Positions 25,661 to 38,217 of a stretch of DNA of 64,000 nucleotides are shown piece after piece. The stretch comes from Massalongia carnosa (taxonomy: Eukaryota). The stretch spans positions 744,001 through 808,000 of the forward strand of contig OZ287075.1 of the NCBI GenBank assembly GCA_965645245.1, read 5' to 3'. Every line of letters begins with the position of its first letter. Within the stretch, counting starts at the first letter, position 1. Under the pieces are notes generated by a model. It did not search any database. It had not been told where the DNA came from and saw only the letters and a program-made list of their open reading frames with translations. A program made the translations under genes and the position numbers.

Positions 25661-27252
25661 ATGAACTCATTAGAATCATCCAGCAGAGATATCGCTCCCT
25701 CGGGGCCGGCCTTCAACACTAGAGCTCGCTCCATGTCGCGACAATCGACACAGAGCATACCAGGCGAATATGAACCCGCCGACGAAGAGGTGGGAAATGA
25801 CACTGTTTTGCCGACAAACAAAGACAAAGGCAGGGAACCGAAGATCGAGGCCCCGACCTCAGAACCGAAAATCGACATAAGCAATTATGCCATTTATCGA
25901 AGTCTGACGGAAAGCAATCCGTCGAAATCAGCTATGATCATCAAGGTGGCCAATCGAGAAGAGTTGAGAAGGGCCCTTGTCCTAAAGGGAGACGGCGACA
26001 TATGGTACACTGTTCTAGCCGGCACGCTCCTACAACATGAGGTCTTGATCGAGAAATATCAGGACTTGAAAAAAAGAAACAAAGATCTAAAAGGTCTACA
26101 GGCAGAATGGACCCGAATGATAAAGAGCTGGGATCACGAGAGACTAGTATTTGAGGAGGATATCGCGGTTGAAAAATTGGAGACTCAGAAGGTCAAAGCG
26201 GAAAACTCGGACCTCATTCGTGAAATATCAGAGATGAAACGTCTAGCTCGCGAAGCTACTCAGACGTCGACCTCATCGACTGGTCAAACTGAAGATCAAT
26301 CCGCCGTCGCTGCCCCCTTAAGCAATTATCGACCCAAAGGCACCAACCCGAAGGAGGCCCTCGACGGTTCCAACTCAGACGCCTATAGTGCATGGGCGTT
26401 TACGGTGGAAAGAAAAATCAGAACCGACTCCCCAATGTACACTAGTGAGGAGTTGAAAATCGACTACGCCTTATCGCAGATGAAGGATCCCATTTTCGAC
26501 GCCATACACACCTGGGTAGTGGATGCCGGTCCCACTCTCTCTTTGAATACGTTCTTCAAGGAAATTGAGAGCTATCTCGGGATAGCATATTTGACAAAGG
26601 ACGCGAAGAAGGAATTGAAAGAAATAAGCATGAACAAAGATGAAACGGTGACTGAATACTATCATCGAATGTTCAAACTCTGGCAACGTGCAAAAACCCC
26701 CGCGGATGAGAGAATTGAGACGTTCAAGGACACCCTGCGGCCGAACATCGCGCTGTCTCTATTGGGACGGGACTTCATCAGTCTAGAAACCCTCTTGCAT
26801 GAAGCCAGGAAAATCGAACAGGGAAGAAAGGAGATGAATCAGAAGTACGCGAAGTCGGAATCTCAGAAGCCCGCGAAAACGACGACTTCTCCTTCTTCTT
26901 CCGTCGGTCGTGGTTTAAACAAAACCACGACCGCCACCTCCAGTACCTCGATCACAGTCAAACCAAAAGCGACTACGACCAACTCCGCCATCTCCGCCAA
27001 CCCGAACTCGAAATTCGGACAGGTCTCGACCAAACCGGAAGGATGGGTAGGAGCTTGGTACGAGGGGACGCTTCACCCGCCCAAGTTGGAGGACGGGGAA
27101 CGAGAGACTCTGTCACGACAGGGCCGATGTTGATCGTGCAGAGGATCAGGGCATAGGGGCCGAGACCCCTGTTGCATTAGGCAAGCAGTGAATCTCAGTA
27201 GAGTCGCCATTCGAGAAGACTCATCCGAGTCCGAGGACTCGGAAAAAGAATG
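25661..27252 (+). pseudogene. gag: Gypsy gag with a premature stop in the zinc knuckle
   Basis: 490-aa ORF ends at TGA 27131-27133 within C*SCRGSGHRGRDPC; the frame continues to ...SEKE* at 27252. Confidence 0.85.
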
Positions 27253-30200
27253 ATTCCTGATGATAGTCGCCATCAGGAATGTCGAGAAGTTTCATTAAGG
27301 GTTGTTAGAGCATCTGTTCTTTCTGTCGATCATCTCGTTCCGGGCAAGCATCTTTTATTTAGATGTAGTATAGCCTCTAATGAAAATCAGTTGATGATCG
27401 ATAACGGAAGTGAAGCTCAATTTCTTCATGAATCCTTTGCGCGCAAAAGAAAACTAGAGACCATTAGACTAAAAAAAAGAGACAGGGTCAGACTGGAACT
27501 TGGGGATGGAAAAGTCCATCAAATCATTGATAAGGCCGTTATCGTTCCCGTCAGAATCGGAGATCATGAGGAAAAGTTATTCTGCTATCTGGCCGACATA
27601 GGTAATCATACCTTGATCATCGGTGATGGATGGCTGCAGGAGCATAACCCTCACATTGATTGGGTTGAACGCACCATGACGTTCTCCAATCGGTGCGTCA
27701 GTAAGGGATGCGCACCTCGATCTCATTCAGTCTCAAAATTTGAATCCACAATCTTGGAGAAGGAAACGACTGCCTCAGCAAAGAACGAGGCCTTTGAAAA
27801 TTTCGATATTCAGTCCCTCACCCCGAAGCGATTTATGAAACTTCTTCGAAGATCGGGTCATCAGACTTACTGTTTCTATCCGAGGGAAAAGCTCAACAAG
27901 AAGTTAGACAGGTACGAGAAGAAGCTTCTGACTGCTTCAAGTATCAACGCAGTCACCAGCGACGATCATGAGAAGTTCATGAAAGACAAAGTCGAATTTA
28001 CTCTGGAAGAATTGAAAAAACGAGTACCCGAGGCCTATCATGGCGAGATTGAAGTCTTCATGAGGGCTAAGGCAGACGAGTTGGCACCTCATCGAAAAGA
28101 GGATCACGAAATCAATTTGATGCCCGGGATCGAGCCCCCGTTCATCAAGAATTATCGGCCCATGTCCGAACAGGAATTGACCGCGGTAAGAAAATATCTA
28201 GATGAGCACTTAGCAAAAGGGTTTATTCGTCCGAGCTCGTCAAAGGCGGCCGCGCCGGTACTATTGGTCAGGAAACCAAGCGGGGGTCTTCGCTTTTGCG
28301 TAGATTATCGAGATCTGAATAATATCACGGAGAGAAGTCGATACCCCATTCCATTGATCAGCGAGACATTGGCGAAACTCGCCAAAGCAAAGTGGTTTAC
28401 TAAATTGGACGTCATTCATGCATTCAATAGGATGAGGATTAAAGAGGGACAAGAGTGGCTCACGGCGTTCAATACTCGATACGGTCAATTTGAATATCTT
28501 GTGATGCCCTTCGGACTATGCAACGCTCCATCAACATTTCAGAGCTATATCAATAACTCCCTGCGAGAATACTTAGATTATTTCGTCACCGCCTATCTGG
28601 ACGACGTACTGGTGTTCAGTGAAACAGAAACGGAGCACATCGAGCAGGTACTGAAGGTACTTCGTCGTCTGAAAGAAAGAGGACTTCAACTGGACATAGA
28701 CAAGTGTGAATTCTCTGTCTCCGAAGTCAAGTACCTCGGAATGTTCGTAGGGGTGAATGGCGTTAGAATGGACCCAGAAAAGGTGACGGCCATACTAGAA
28801 TGGAAGACGCCCGCGTCAGTAAAAGAGGTGCAGTCCTTTCTTGGATTCGCTAACTTCTATCGTCGCTTCATTGAGCGATTCTCCGAAAAGGTGAAGTGTC
28901 TGACCGAGCTAACCCGCGGAGAGCAATATGTCACGAAAGGCGGAAAGAGACGCACCAAGTATCAAGACTTCGTGTGGACCACTGAATGTCAGCAAGCTTT
29001 CGAAGACATGAAGATTTCTTTTACCTCTGCGCCGATTCTTGCTCATTACGACCCAAGGCTAGAGACCTGGGTGGAGACAGACGCATCTGACTTCGTAGTA
29101 TCGGGGATACTCTCTCAGATGCATGAAGGCGTTCTGAAACCCGTGGATTATTTCTCGAAGAAGATGAGCCCCGCCGAATGCAATTATGAGATCTACGATA
29201 AAGAACTCCTAGCCATCGTAGAAAGTTTCGTCATCTGGAGACCGGAGCTAGCGGGAGTGGAGCAATCAACAAAGGTCTACTCAGATCATAAGAATCTGGA
29301 GACCTTCATGACTTTGAAACAACTAAATCGCCGTCAAGTGCGTTGGGCTGAGATGCTGGCGGAATATAATTTTCGCATTATGTATAGACCAGGCAAGCAA
29401 GGGGGCAAACCGGACGCCCTCACCAGAAGAGAGCAAGATCTGCCGATGGACGCGGAGGATGATCGCACCAGATATCAATATCAGGTGCTGCTAAAAGAAA
29501 ATCAGCTGGACGATGAAGTGAAACAGGACCTGAAGCTGTACGTGACAACCAGATCCATGGCCAATCGAGAACGGGTTGAAGACAACATTACTACTGACTC
29601 ATCCGATCAAATCAGGGATGAGGAAGTAGAGGACTTGACGGTAGAGGAGTTCACAATCAATTCGAATGATGATTCGGATGCAGAAAAGCCTGATGAATTA
29701 TTAGAAAATCTTTTAGCGGAGGCATATCAAGAAGACGCAATGATTCAGGAAGTCATGAAGGCTAAGTTGGAAAATCTGAAGAAATTGCCCGATAAAATTC
29801 TAAGCAACGGGCTGAGACTGGCGATGGGTGACTTGGAAGTCCGTCACGAAAGACTATACTACAAAACACGCCTCTTCATTCCGAATTTCGACAAGCTGAA
29901 GCTGCGTCTTTTATCGGATCATCATAATCCCCCGATGCAAGGACACCCCGGGTATCGAGGCATGTATGCCAAAATGCTGGAGAACTATTTCTGGATGTCC
30001 ATGAAGGATGATTGTCGAAGATACGCTACTAACTGCTCTACATGCCGAAGGTCTAAGGCGTACAACGATCAGAAACAGGGACTATTAGCCCCACTACCCA
30101 TACCTCATAAAAATGGACAGACTTATCTCTGGACTTTGTAGTCAAACTGCCCAAATGTCACAGACGGGGCCGGACGTACGAAAATATCTTGGTTATCGTG

Positions 30201-31319
30201 GACAGATTGACCAAACGTAGGTTGTACGAACCTATGGTGGATATAGGCACGAAGGACGTACTAGAAGTCCTCAAACGTCGGGTCTTTTCAACATACGGCT
30301 TGCCAAACTCCATCGTCCACGATCGCGGGACGCAATTGACAGCCCATCTGTGGAAGCGAATTTGTCAGCGATTAGGAGTCAAATCGAAACCGTCCTCCGC
30401 GCATCATCCAGAAACAGATGGTCAAACCGAAAATGCGAATAAGGTTATGAAGAACTACCTGAGAGCATACGTCAGACATGCTCAAGACGACTGGGTGGAC
30501 TACTTACCAGATGCCGAATTTGCAGTCAATAATCATACGAACGCTTCAACCGGAATGTCCCCCTTCTTCGCTGATCACGGTTATCACCCTCGTAGTGGCT
30601 CGGAGCCGCCTCAGCCTTTTGACTCAAATGTCACCGGACGCGCGGAACTGATGTCGGCAGACAAAATAACCGCCCGACAAGAAGCCATGACCAAATGGCT
30701 TATCGAGCACCTAACCTGGGCACAGGCAGATCAGATGAGATATGCCAATGAGTCGCGGGCCCCACATCCAGACTACAAGATAGGAGACATGGTATATGTC
30801 AACACCAAAGATTTCTCCGTCGACAAGCAGAGTCGCTCCCTGAGTTCCAAAAACGCGGGGCCATGGAAAATGATCCGAAACATAAATAACAAGGCCTATG
30901 AATTGGAAATTCCCGAACACTTGAAAAGAGTGGGGCTCACACCCATATTTCATCCATGGAAACTTCATCTGGCTCCTACGAACCCATTCCCCGGTCAACT
31001 AATTATACCGGGTCCCCCGATAATGATTCAAGAAGACGCCGAATCCAGTCCTCATGAAGAATATGAAGTCCTCGAAATCGTCGACTGCCGTGAAACTAAG
31101 AAATACGGCACTCAGTATAAAGCAACCTATATCGGCTCATGGGATGACTGGAACGCAAACCCACCCTGGCAGCCATGGACTGATTTCATTCGCGCCAAAG
31201 AAGAAATCAGAAAATTTCATACAGACAATAAAGGAAAACCCAACGCCCCAAAGGATGTCCTATTCATCAATAACAGTCAACCATCGACGTCCGGAGCCGC
31301 CGTCTCAGAGGAGGGGTAG
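27250..31319 (+). pseudogene. pol: Gypsy pol (protease, RT, RNase H, integrase, chromodomain) with one frameshift
   Basis: IDNGS protease site, YLDD RT, ETDASD RNase H, HHCC and DDE integrase, GPW motif, C-terminal EEYEVLEIVDCR chromodomain. 1-nt deletion near 30110 (PIPHK/KWTDLSLDFV). Confidence 0.93.
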
Positions 31320-31492
31320 TGTCAGGGTCCTGAGGTCACCTGACATCAGACTAGCATCGATTAGGTAATGTGCCGAGGAACCGACTTTTCAGGGGTTATA
31401 TAGAACTCCGCCCGAGTAAAGCTTTTAGACTTCGTCTGAAGATTTTGGTGTAGAACTAGGCTATTGAAATTGAACTCGTTTTATCCCTCACA
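31320..31492 (+). repeat. 3' LTR of the chromovirus
   Basis: Identical to the 5' LTR; preceded by a purine tract at 31307-31319. Confidence 0.97.
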
Positions 31493-34400
31493 CATGAAAA
31501 GAAGCTAAATGTTCAGTTTGATGACAAATGCGATGCATTTGTGTCAGTAATGTACACAAAAAACCCATTTATTGACGATAATTTGGAAGATTTATCAAAT
31601 CAAGACAGCGAAAATGATGATAATTGGCCAGATTTGACCGAAAACGAGTTGAAAAATGCGATTAGTTTATTTAATCCGAAGAAAACATGTGAACTGATGC
31701 AATCAATTTTACAATTGTTCAAAAATCGTTTCAATCGTTGAAAAACGTGTTTTTCATGATTTTATTCGAAAGTCATTCGAATCGGTTATAACCCGTTAAG
31801 CTGGCGGAGGACTCGGTGCAGTTCTGAAAAAACCTAATAAATCAGATTATTAGTTTCCAAAATCATATCGAATTATCACATTACTAAATTGTCTTGGTAA
31901 AATTGCTGAGAAAATCGTCGTAAATCGACTAGCCTACTTCAGCGAAAATTCGAATTTACTGGATATCGAACAGATGGATGGACGCAAAAATCATTCTGCA
32001 ATTGACGCAGTAATGAACGTTGTTCATGATATTGAAATTGCAAATAGAAATAAAAACGTCTTATCATGTTTATTACTCGATGTCAAAGGCACATTTGACT
32101 TTGTCTCGATTATTCAACTGCTAAATGTTATGAAAAAGCTGAAATTATCTCGCATAATAATTCAATGGGTCAAGCATTCATGATAATTGATGAAAACAAA
32201 AGCAAAACATATTATGTCTAATCAGGAATTCCACAAGGCTTACCAATCTCGAATATTCTATTTCTGATTTACATTCGTCACTTGTTTCCGAAAATACGAA
32301 TGAAATTTAATGCACATTCTCCCAGTTTTATTGAGGATGTTGCAATATATGTCGAAAATAAAACTGCAAAACAGAATTGCAAAGAAATCGAAATCATAGT
32401 CAAAACGGCCTTTGATTGAGCCGCATCGAATAATGTCAAATTTGATGACGATAAATCCGAGCTGATTCACTTCGAAAAGACAAGAAATATATCGAAAGAC
32501 ACATTGGAATTACCAAACGGAACAGTACTAGAACCGAAAAATGTAGTCAAATGGTTGGGCGTCTGGTTAGACCGAAAACTAAATTTCAAAAAACACGTCG
32601 AAACGCGGATCTCTTCTGCGAATCGATCGTTTTTTGCAATTCAGAATTTGATAAAATCCGAATGGGGTCTGAAACCGACCGCATGCAGACAGCTCTATTT
32701 CTCATGCATTATTCCTATTACTAACTACGACTCAGAAATTTGATATAATGGTCAAAAGAAATATAAAAACTATTTCTGAACCTACAAAATCGAATGATTC
32801 GAAAGATTTTAGGAACTTTCAAAACCATACCTTTTCAGGCGATGGAAATTGAATCACATGTTCTATCTGTTAAACTTCGATTATTAATGAAAAATCAAAA
32901 ATACGCAATTCGATTATTGAAGATTGCCGAAAATAACCCTATTTGTCAAAAAATTCTAAACACATATTCGATAAAATTCGAAAATATCGGTTTTGACACT
33001 AGTTTATCGAACAACTAATATGCCGAATGGAACGAAGACGAAAAACAAACAAATAAACGACATCCTAGTCAGCTTATTCGCGTTCTTCATTCCGTTTCCG
33101 ACATAGTTCACAAAACTGATGAATATGAACAAACAAATCATTTTAATAAACCTTGGAAATCGTCGTGCAAAATCGATTTTCAAATCGAAAATACATATGA
33201 ATCTGTTAAATCAAGTTATTATTCGACCTTATCCAAAATTAAATCAATGAACTCCGGTAAATCCCGAGTTTTACTTTATACAGATGGATCGAAAATCGAA
33301 TTTGCAACGTCTGCAGTCACATTTGCGCCAATTATGAGGAATTGGAGTAATATTATCAACAATTTTGATCGATTTATCGAAAAAGATTGTCTGATCAAGT
33401 ATCATACGATTTCAAAATGCTGGAATTTAAGCAAACAGTCAAGCATTAAAAATGCTGAACTGCATACGATTTTACAAGCAATGAAATGGGTCTTTAAATT
33501 GTCGAATACTAATATTTTATCGAACTTTGAAAAAACGATTTGGATTTTTTCTGATAGTATAAACGCGATAAACGAAATTCAGAACTTGACAAATCATATT
33601 TGCACCAGACAAATTCGAAAGCTCGCAAAACTCTTATTTGAAAGCAATTATCAGGTGATTTTGCAATGGGTTCCGAGTCATTCAAATATTACCGAAAACG
33701 AAATTGCAGACAAAATAGCAAAGACGGGCCATAATCAAATCCTAGTCGAGTCCTCGGCGATAACATTTAATTATATAAAAGATCAAATAAATCAAAATAT
33801 GCTAACCACATGGACGAATCAATGGCAACAATGCAAATCAAAGGGCAAATACTACGAGAAATTCGAAATGAAACCTGGCATATCGAGATTTTATTATTTA
33901 TCAAACAACTGTTCCAAATTGATATTTGCTACTATTATGCAATTAAAATTCGGACACGGCTATTTTCGATCATATTTACAGCGATTGAAAGATTATAATT
34001 CGTCAAAATGCACAAATCGATGCAATCAACGACAAACGCCAGAACACTTGTTATTGAATTGCATTCATTATTTTGATAAAAATCAAAACATGAATCAAAA
34101 TATCGATACTTCGATCAACTTGAATATGTTGTTTAATACGAGAATCGGAAATGATATTTTGATTAAATTCATTGTCAATATCCAAATCGCGACTAGAAAA
34201 TGGATACTAGGTAAGCTTTATGACGAGCTTTTCGAAACTGGAGGTTGGGGAGAGATCGAACAGTAAAATCAGAAACGATTTATGCTGAAGCATGCACGAA
34301 CTTACAAAGACAAATTGTAAAATCGATATTCTTCGATTACTATAGGTTGTTACTAACAAGGAGTAAAAATGGGCAAAAATTGACTATACCTAGATGAGTT

Positions 34401-34498
34401 ATAAAGGGTTGATTTATTAATAATATAGAAACATATCCTAAAATAGTTTAGTGTCATAACCTTAGGTTGAATACATTTAATGAAGAAATTAAAAAAAA

Positions 34499-34663
34499 TG
34501 CGGTTGCACGTGACGTCAAATTTTTGAAATATGAGATTAGTTCAAATCGGATGACTTCATGATCAGAACCTGTGACTGCGTTTTTATCGATTGACCAATT
34601 TTTAAATGCATTTTCGATTTTAGAATTTGCAAAAGTTAAATCGATGACAGATGAAGAACTTTC
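34499..34663 (-). mobile_element. LINE A2 endonuclease fragment
   Basis: Reverse complement of the SSSVIDLTF...GSDHEVIRF segment. Confidence 0.8.
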
Positions 34664-35651
34664 TTGAATATATTATCTCGTATTTTGTTGAGATCTTAAC
34701 AAGATCGAGCTATTGTATACTCTACATTGAACTCCGCAATCGCATCTTGAATAGCCACATCATGCCAATGTTGATATGGTTGAAACACTCCTACATCAAG
34801 CGGTTGCATACAATGCGGCAAGTGTAGTATCAGTGGATAAGGACGAATCCAGTTTTCATTGGTAAGCTTAATGAATTCAGGAGTATCATGACTACCGTGA
34901 TTATCCAAGAGCATCAACTTCCAATTACTCTCAGATCCTGCATCAGTTTCAATGTAATGTTGCAGATATGCAATCGCTATTTTATCCGATGTGATTCCAT
35001 TTTCTGACGAAACAATTCCAGTTCCTTTAGGCAGTTCCTCTGCAAACCAAATGCTCATCATATCATGACCTTGTATGACAAGTAAAGTAGGTGGCTAATA
35101 ATCACCGGCGGCGTTTATATTCTCGAAAATGGTGATAGATTTTCTATTCTCAGGATTAATAGAATAATACTCCTTTACGTCTGTTGGAACCAATTTCCCT
35201 TCATGCAGCCAACTCGAAAACCAGCCTCATCAAAATTTCGTTTATTCTTCATATTCAGCTCTCGATGAACCACCCGATAATCAGCGAACCATGCTTCAAC
35301 GTCCTTTACTTGTCCCGCCATATAGCGAACGACTGCTAGCGGTTTAGTCTTAATTTTATATAAATAGTTGGATTTCTTATGTTCTAAACTATCGCTTAGT
35401 AGGACCTTTATAATCAACATTCTGACTTCGCTTTAGACTCTTGATCGCGTTGAATATCAGTTCATGCGTCGTTTGAACACTATATATAAGTAACGAGCGA
35501 ATGAATTCATGTATTGCCTTGATCTGATGCTTCTCCAATATCTTATTATATACTCCTCTCTTCTCGACTTGATTCAACGCGCTGTTTTGAGCAAGTGAAC
35601 TTTAAAAAGTGGTACGAGGAATGTCAAATATGCGAGCAGCGTATATCTTGC
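34664..35651 (-). pseudogene. pogo/Fot1-type (Tc1/mariner) transposase remnant, 3' part
   Basis: NFDEAGFRVG, LLDNHGSH and HCMQPLDVGVFQPY DDD-domain motifs; HTH-like AARIFDIPRTT near 35610-35645; multiple stops. Confidence 0.88.
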
Positions 35652-36271
35652 TTTTTTATTTTATTTATTCATTAAGTGTATTCAACTTAAGGTTATGACA
35701 CTAAACTATTTTAGGATATTTTTCTATAATACAAATAAATCAACCCTTTATAACCCATCTATGTAACCCGAAAAACTTGTCGCGAAAATGACTACACTAG
35801 AACAAACAAACGCGCTCTCGAGAGCGCACAGCGAAAGGAGGGAATGTTTACACGTAAAGATCAAGAAGTATCTTGATCGAGTGTGCACCGTTGGTGACCC
35901 GGAGGCGTTGCAGTTGCCGAGAAACTCAGCGGAAATTTTGCAAGCGCAAAATCTAGTCGATGACAAAGTTGCAGAAACTCCCAACAACATAGGTGACACA
36001 TTACAGGCAATCCAACAATCATTGACACGCATAGAGCGCAATGAGACCACTCCTCGCAGCTATGCCGCTGCTGCTACAAGGCAAGGCCGAGATGAGCCCG
36101 CACTCCCAAAGAACCAAAACGTCAAGCCTCAACAGGCCCGCAAAGACAAAGCACCCACACCAAGAGAAGCGCGACGTGCCCGGGAAATGACCGTTCACAT
36201 CACGGAGGATGCGGACAAGGAAAAAATAAAGCTAATGCCAACCAAGGAGTTAGTAGAAACACTACAAAATG

Positions 36272-37212
36272 TGTCACGATTCTACACGGCACGACCTCGG
36301 CACTCGGCACCGCCTAGGGCAATCGTAGATGGAACACGCAGGCGATTTCGATTTCGTTCCCGCAGCTGCTAGAAGGTTCCATGACGACTATACCACATGG
36401 GTACTAGCGCTGTAGAGGATATATAGGGGCAGGTTCTGGTTGTCGATTGTCTTTTTCCTTCTTCATCTTTATTGCATTCGTTTCTAGTGTCCCTATGACT
36501 TGTCTCTAGGTAGATCATAACATTACAATAAAGATCGTCTTCATCTATTATCCTACGTGAGGGATGTAAAAGAACTCACCGAATCGAGGACTGAAGAAAG
36601 AACGACCCTTTCATTAGGCAAGTCGTACGAACCAGAGCCAGAACCACCAGAACCAGAAGGCCGCCATCCCTAAAGCGTGGCACCCAGAACCAGAACCAGA
36701 ACCAGAACCACCAGACACCAGACACCAGAAACCAGACAGCAGGCACCAGACACCAGACACCAGACCCCAGACACCAAAGTACTGACTGCACCGAAATTAC
36801 CGGAAAATCGACGAAAGAGCTTGGAAAGACACGGGAAACCTTGGCAAAGAATCGGAAGCACTTCAGCTAATGAACCAGTTTCACCGCTGACTACTGACTG
36901 CCTGCACCGCTTGCACCGCCTAGTTCGCGCTCAGGTGATCGCGATTTAAAGCGAAGGGTAGTGTCACGATTCTACACGGCACGACCTCAGCACTCGGCAC
37001 CGCCTAGGGCAATCGTAGATGGAACACGCAGGCGCTTTCGATTTCGTTCCCGCAGCTGCTAGAAGGTTCCATGACGACTATACCACATGGGTACTAGCGC
37101 TGTAGAGGATATATAGGGGCAGGTTCTGGTTGTCGATTGTCTTTTTCCTTCTTCATCTTTATTGTATTCGTTTCTAGTGTCCCTATGACTTGTCTCTAGG
37201 TAGATCATAACA
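36272..37212 (+). mobile_element. Non-autonomous miniature LTR retrotransposon (TRIM-like, 941 bp)
   Basis: 251-bp LTRs at 36272-36522 and 36962-37212 (3 differences), TG...CA; TSD AAATG at 36267-36271 / 37213-37217; 439-bp non-coding interior; PPT gcgaagggtag. Confidence 0.95.
36628..36777 (+). repeat. (CCAGAA)n/(CCAGACA)n minisatellite inside the miniature LTR element
   Basis: Directly visible degenerate 6-7-bp tandem units. Confidence 0.85.
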
Positions 37213-38217
37213 AAATGGAGCTGAAGGAATAAGGGGAGTGTCGCGTTTGTTAAACGGCGACATCAGGATTCACGCAGAGTCATTGGAAGCAAAGAAGACC
37301 CTGCAGGAGAAGACCGATTGGACCCGCATGGTGGCCGCCTCAGCTGCGGTGCACACCCGCACCTTCACCGTAAGAGCGAATGGAATCAGGGTGGAAAACA
37401 TCAAATTGGCCAATCAATCAACAGCCATCACCTACCTTCAGGCCGCTAACGCACGCCTGCACCCTAACCTGAAGATCGTCAAAGTAGCCTGGTCAATCAA
37501 GGCCATTAGAGAGAAAAAAGCGTACTCGACGCTTCATATAGAGGTCGCCACCGCCGAGATGGCTAACCGGCTCATCACCGAGGGCCTAATGGAAAGCTAC
37601 GAAATAAAGGACTGCGAGCGCTTCACACGTGGTTGCACCATGACTCAATGCTTCAACTGCCAAAAATACGGACACATCGGTAGAGTATGCCGCAATCCCG
37701 CCGCCTGTGGTCACTGCGCCGGTGGACATCAAAGCAAAGAATGTAATCTGGAGACAACGGGGGAATACCGCCGTTGCGCCGTATGCGGAGAGAAAGGACA
37801 CGAAGCATGGTCCACAGCATGCAAAGTCAGATTAGCTGAAAATCGAAAAACTGAAATAGCAATGCAATACCGCGCCCCCCTCTATGCAATTGAATCACAG
37901 CCGCCCTCATTTCATTTTCAACTTAAACGAGAGTCGACACCCATAGTCACACAAACGGACGAAATTCCGTCAACGTGGAAGATAGTAAACGGCAAAAAAA
38001 GAAAAATACACAACGCTACGCCCTCATCCGGCACACCCCCGGGCCCTCATCGGGGAGACGACGCACCTACCTGGGCTAATATAGGCATCATGAATCCTGA
38101 AAATATGGTAAAAACCTTAGCAAAACCAGTGCTGGGTAGGCCTCGTGCAGATTCCGTAGCATTAACGGCAGGAACTCAGGTCACATCGAACACAGCGGCC
38201 GAAACGATGGAAATCCT

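Larger units (their letters stand above)
25443..31492 (+). mobile_element. Full-length Ty3/gypsy chromovirus LTR retrotransposon
   Basis: Identical 173-bp TG...CA LTRs, 5-bp TSD CATGA (25438-25442 / 31493-31497), gag and pol (PR-RT-RH-IN-chromodomain), PPT agaggaggggtag. Confidence 0.97.
23740..34498 (+). mobile_element. 5'-truncated degenerate LINE A2 carrying a solo LTR and a full gypsy element
   Basis: Begins at the ORF1 zinc knuckle; TAATG junction at 23982-23986; ORF2 fragments to 34266; 3' UTR and A tail ending at 34498. Confidence 0.9.
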
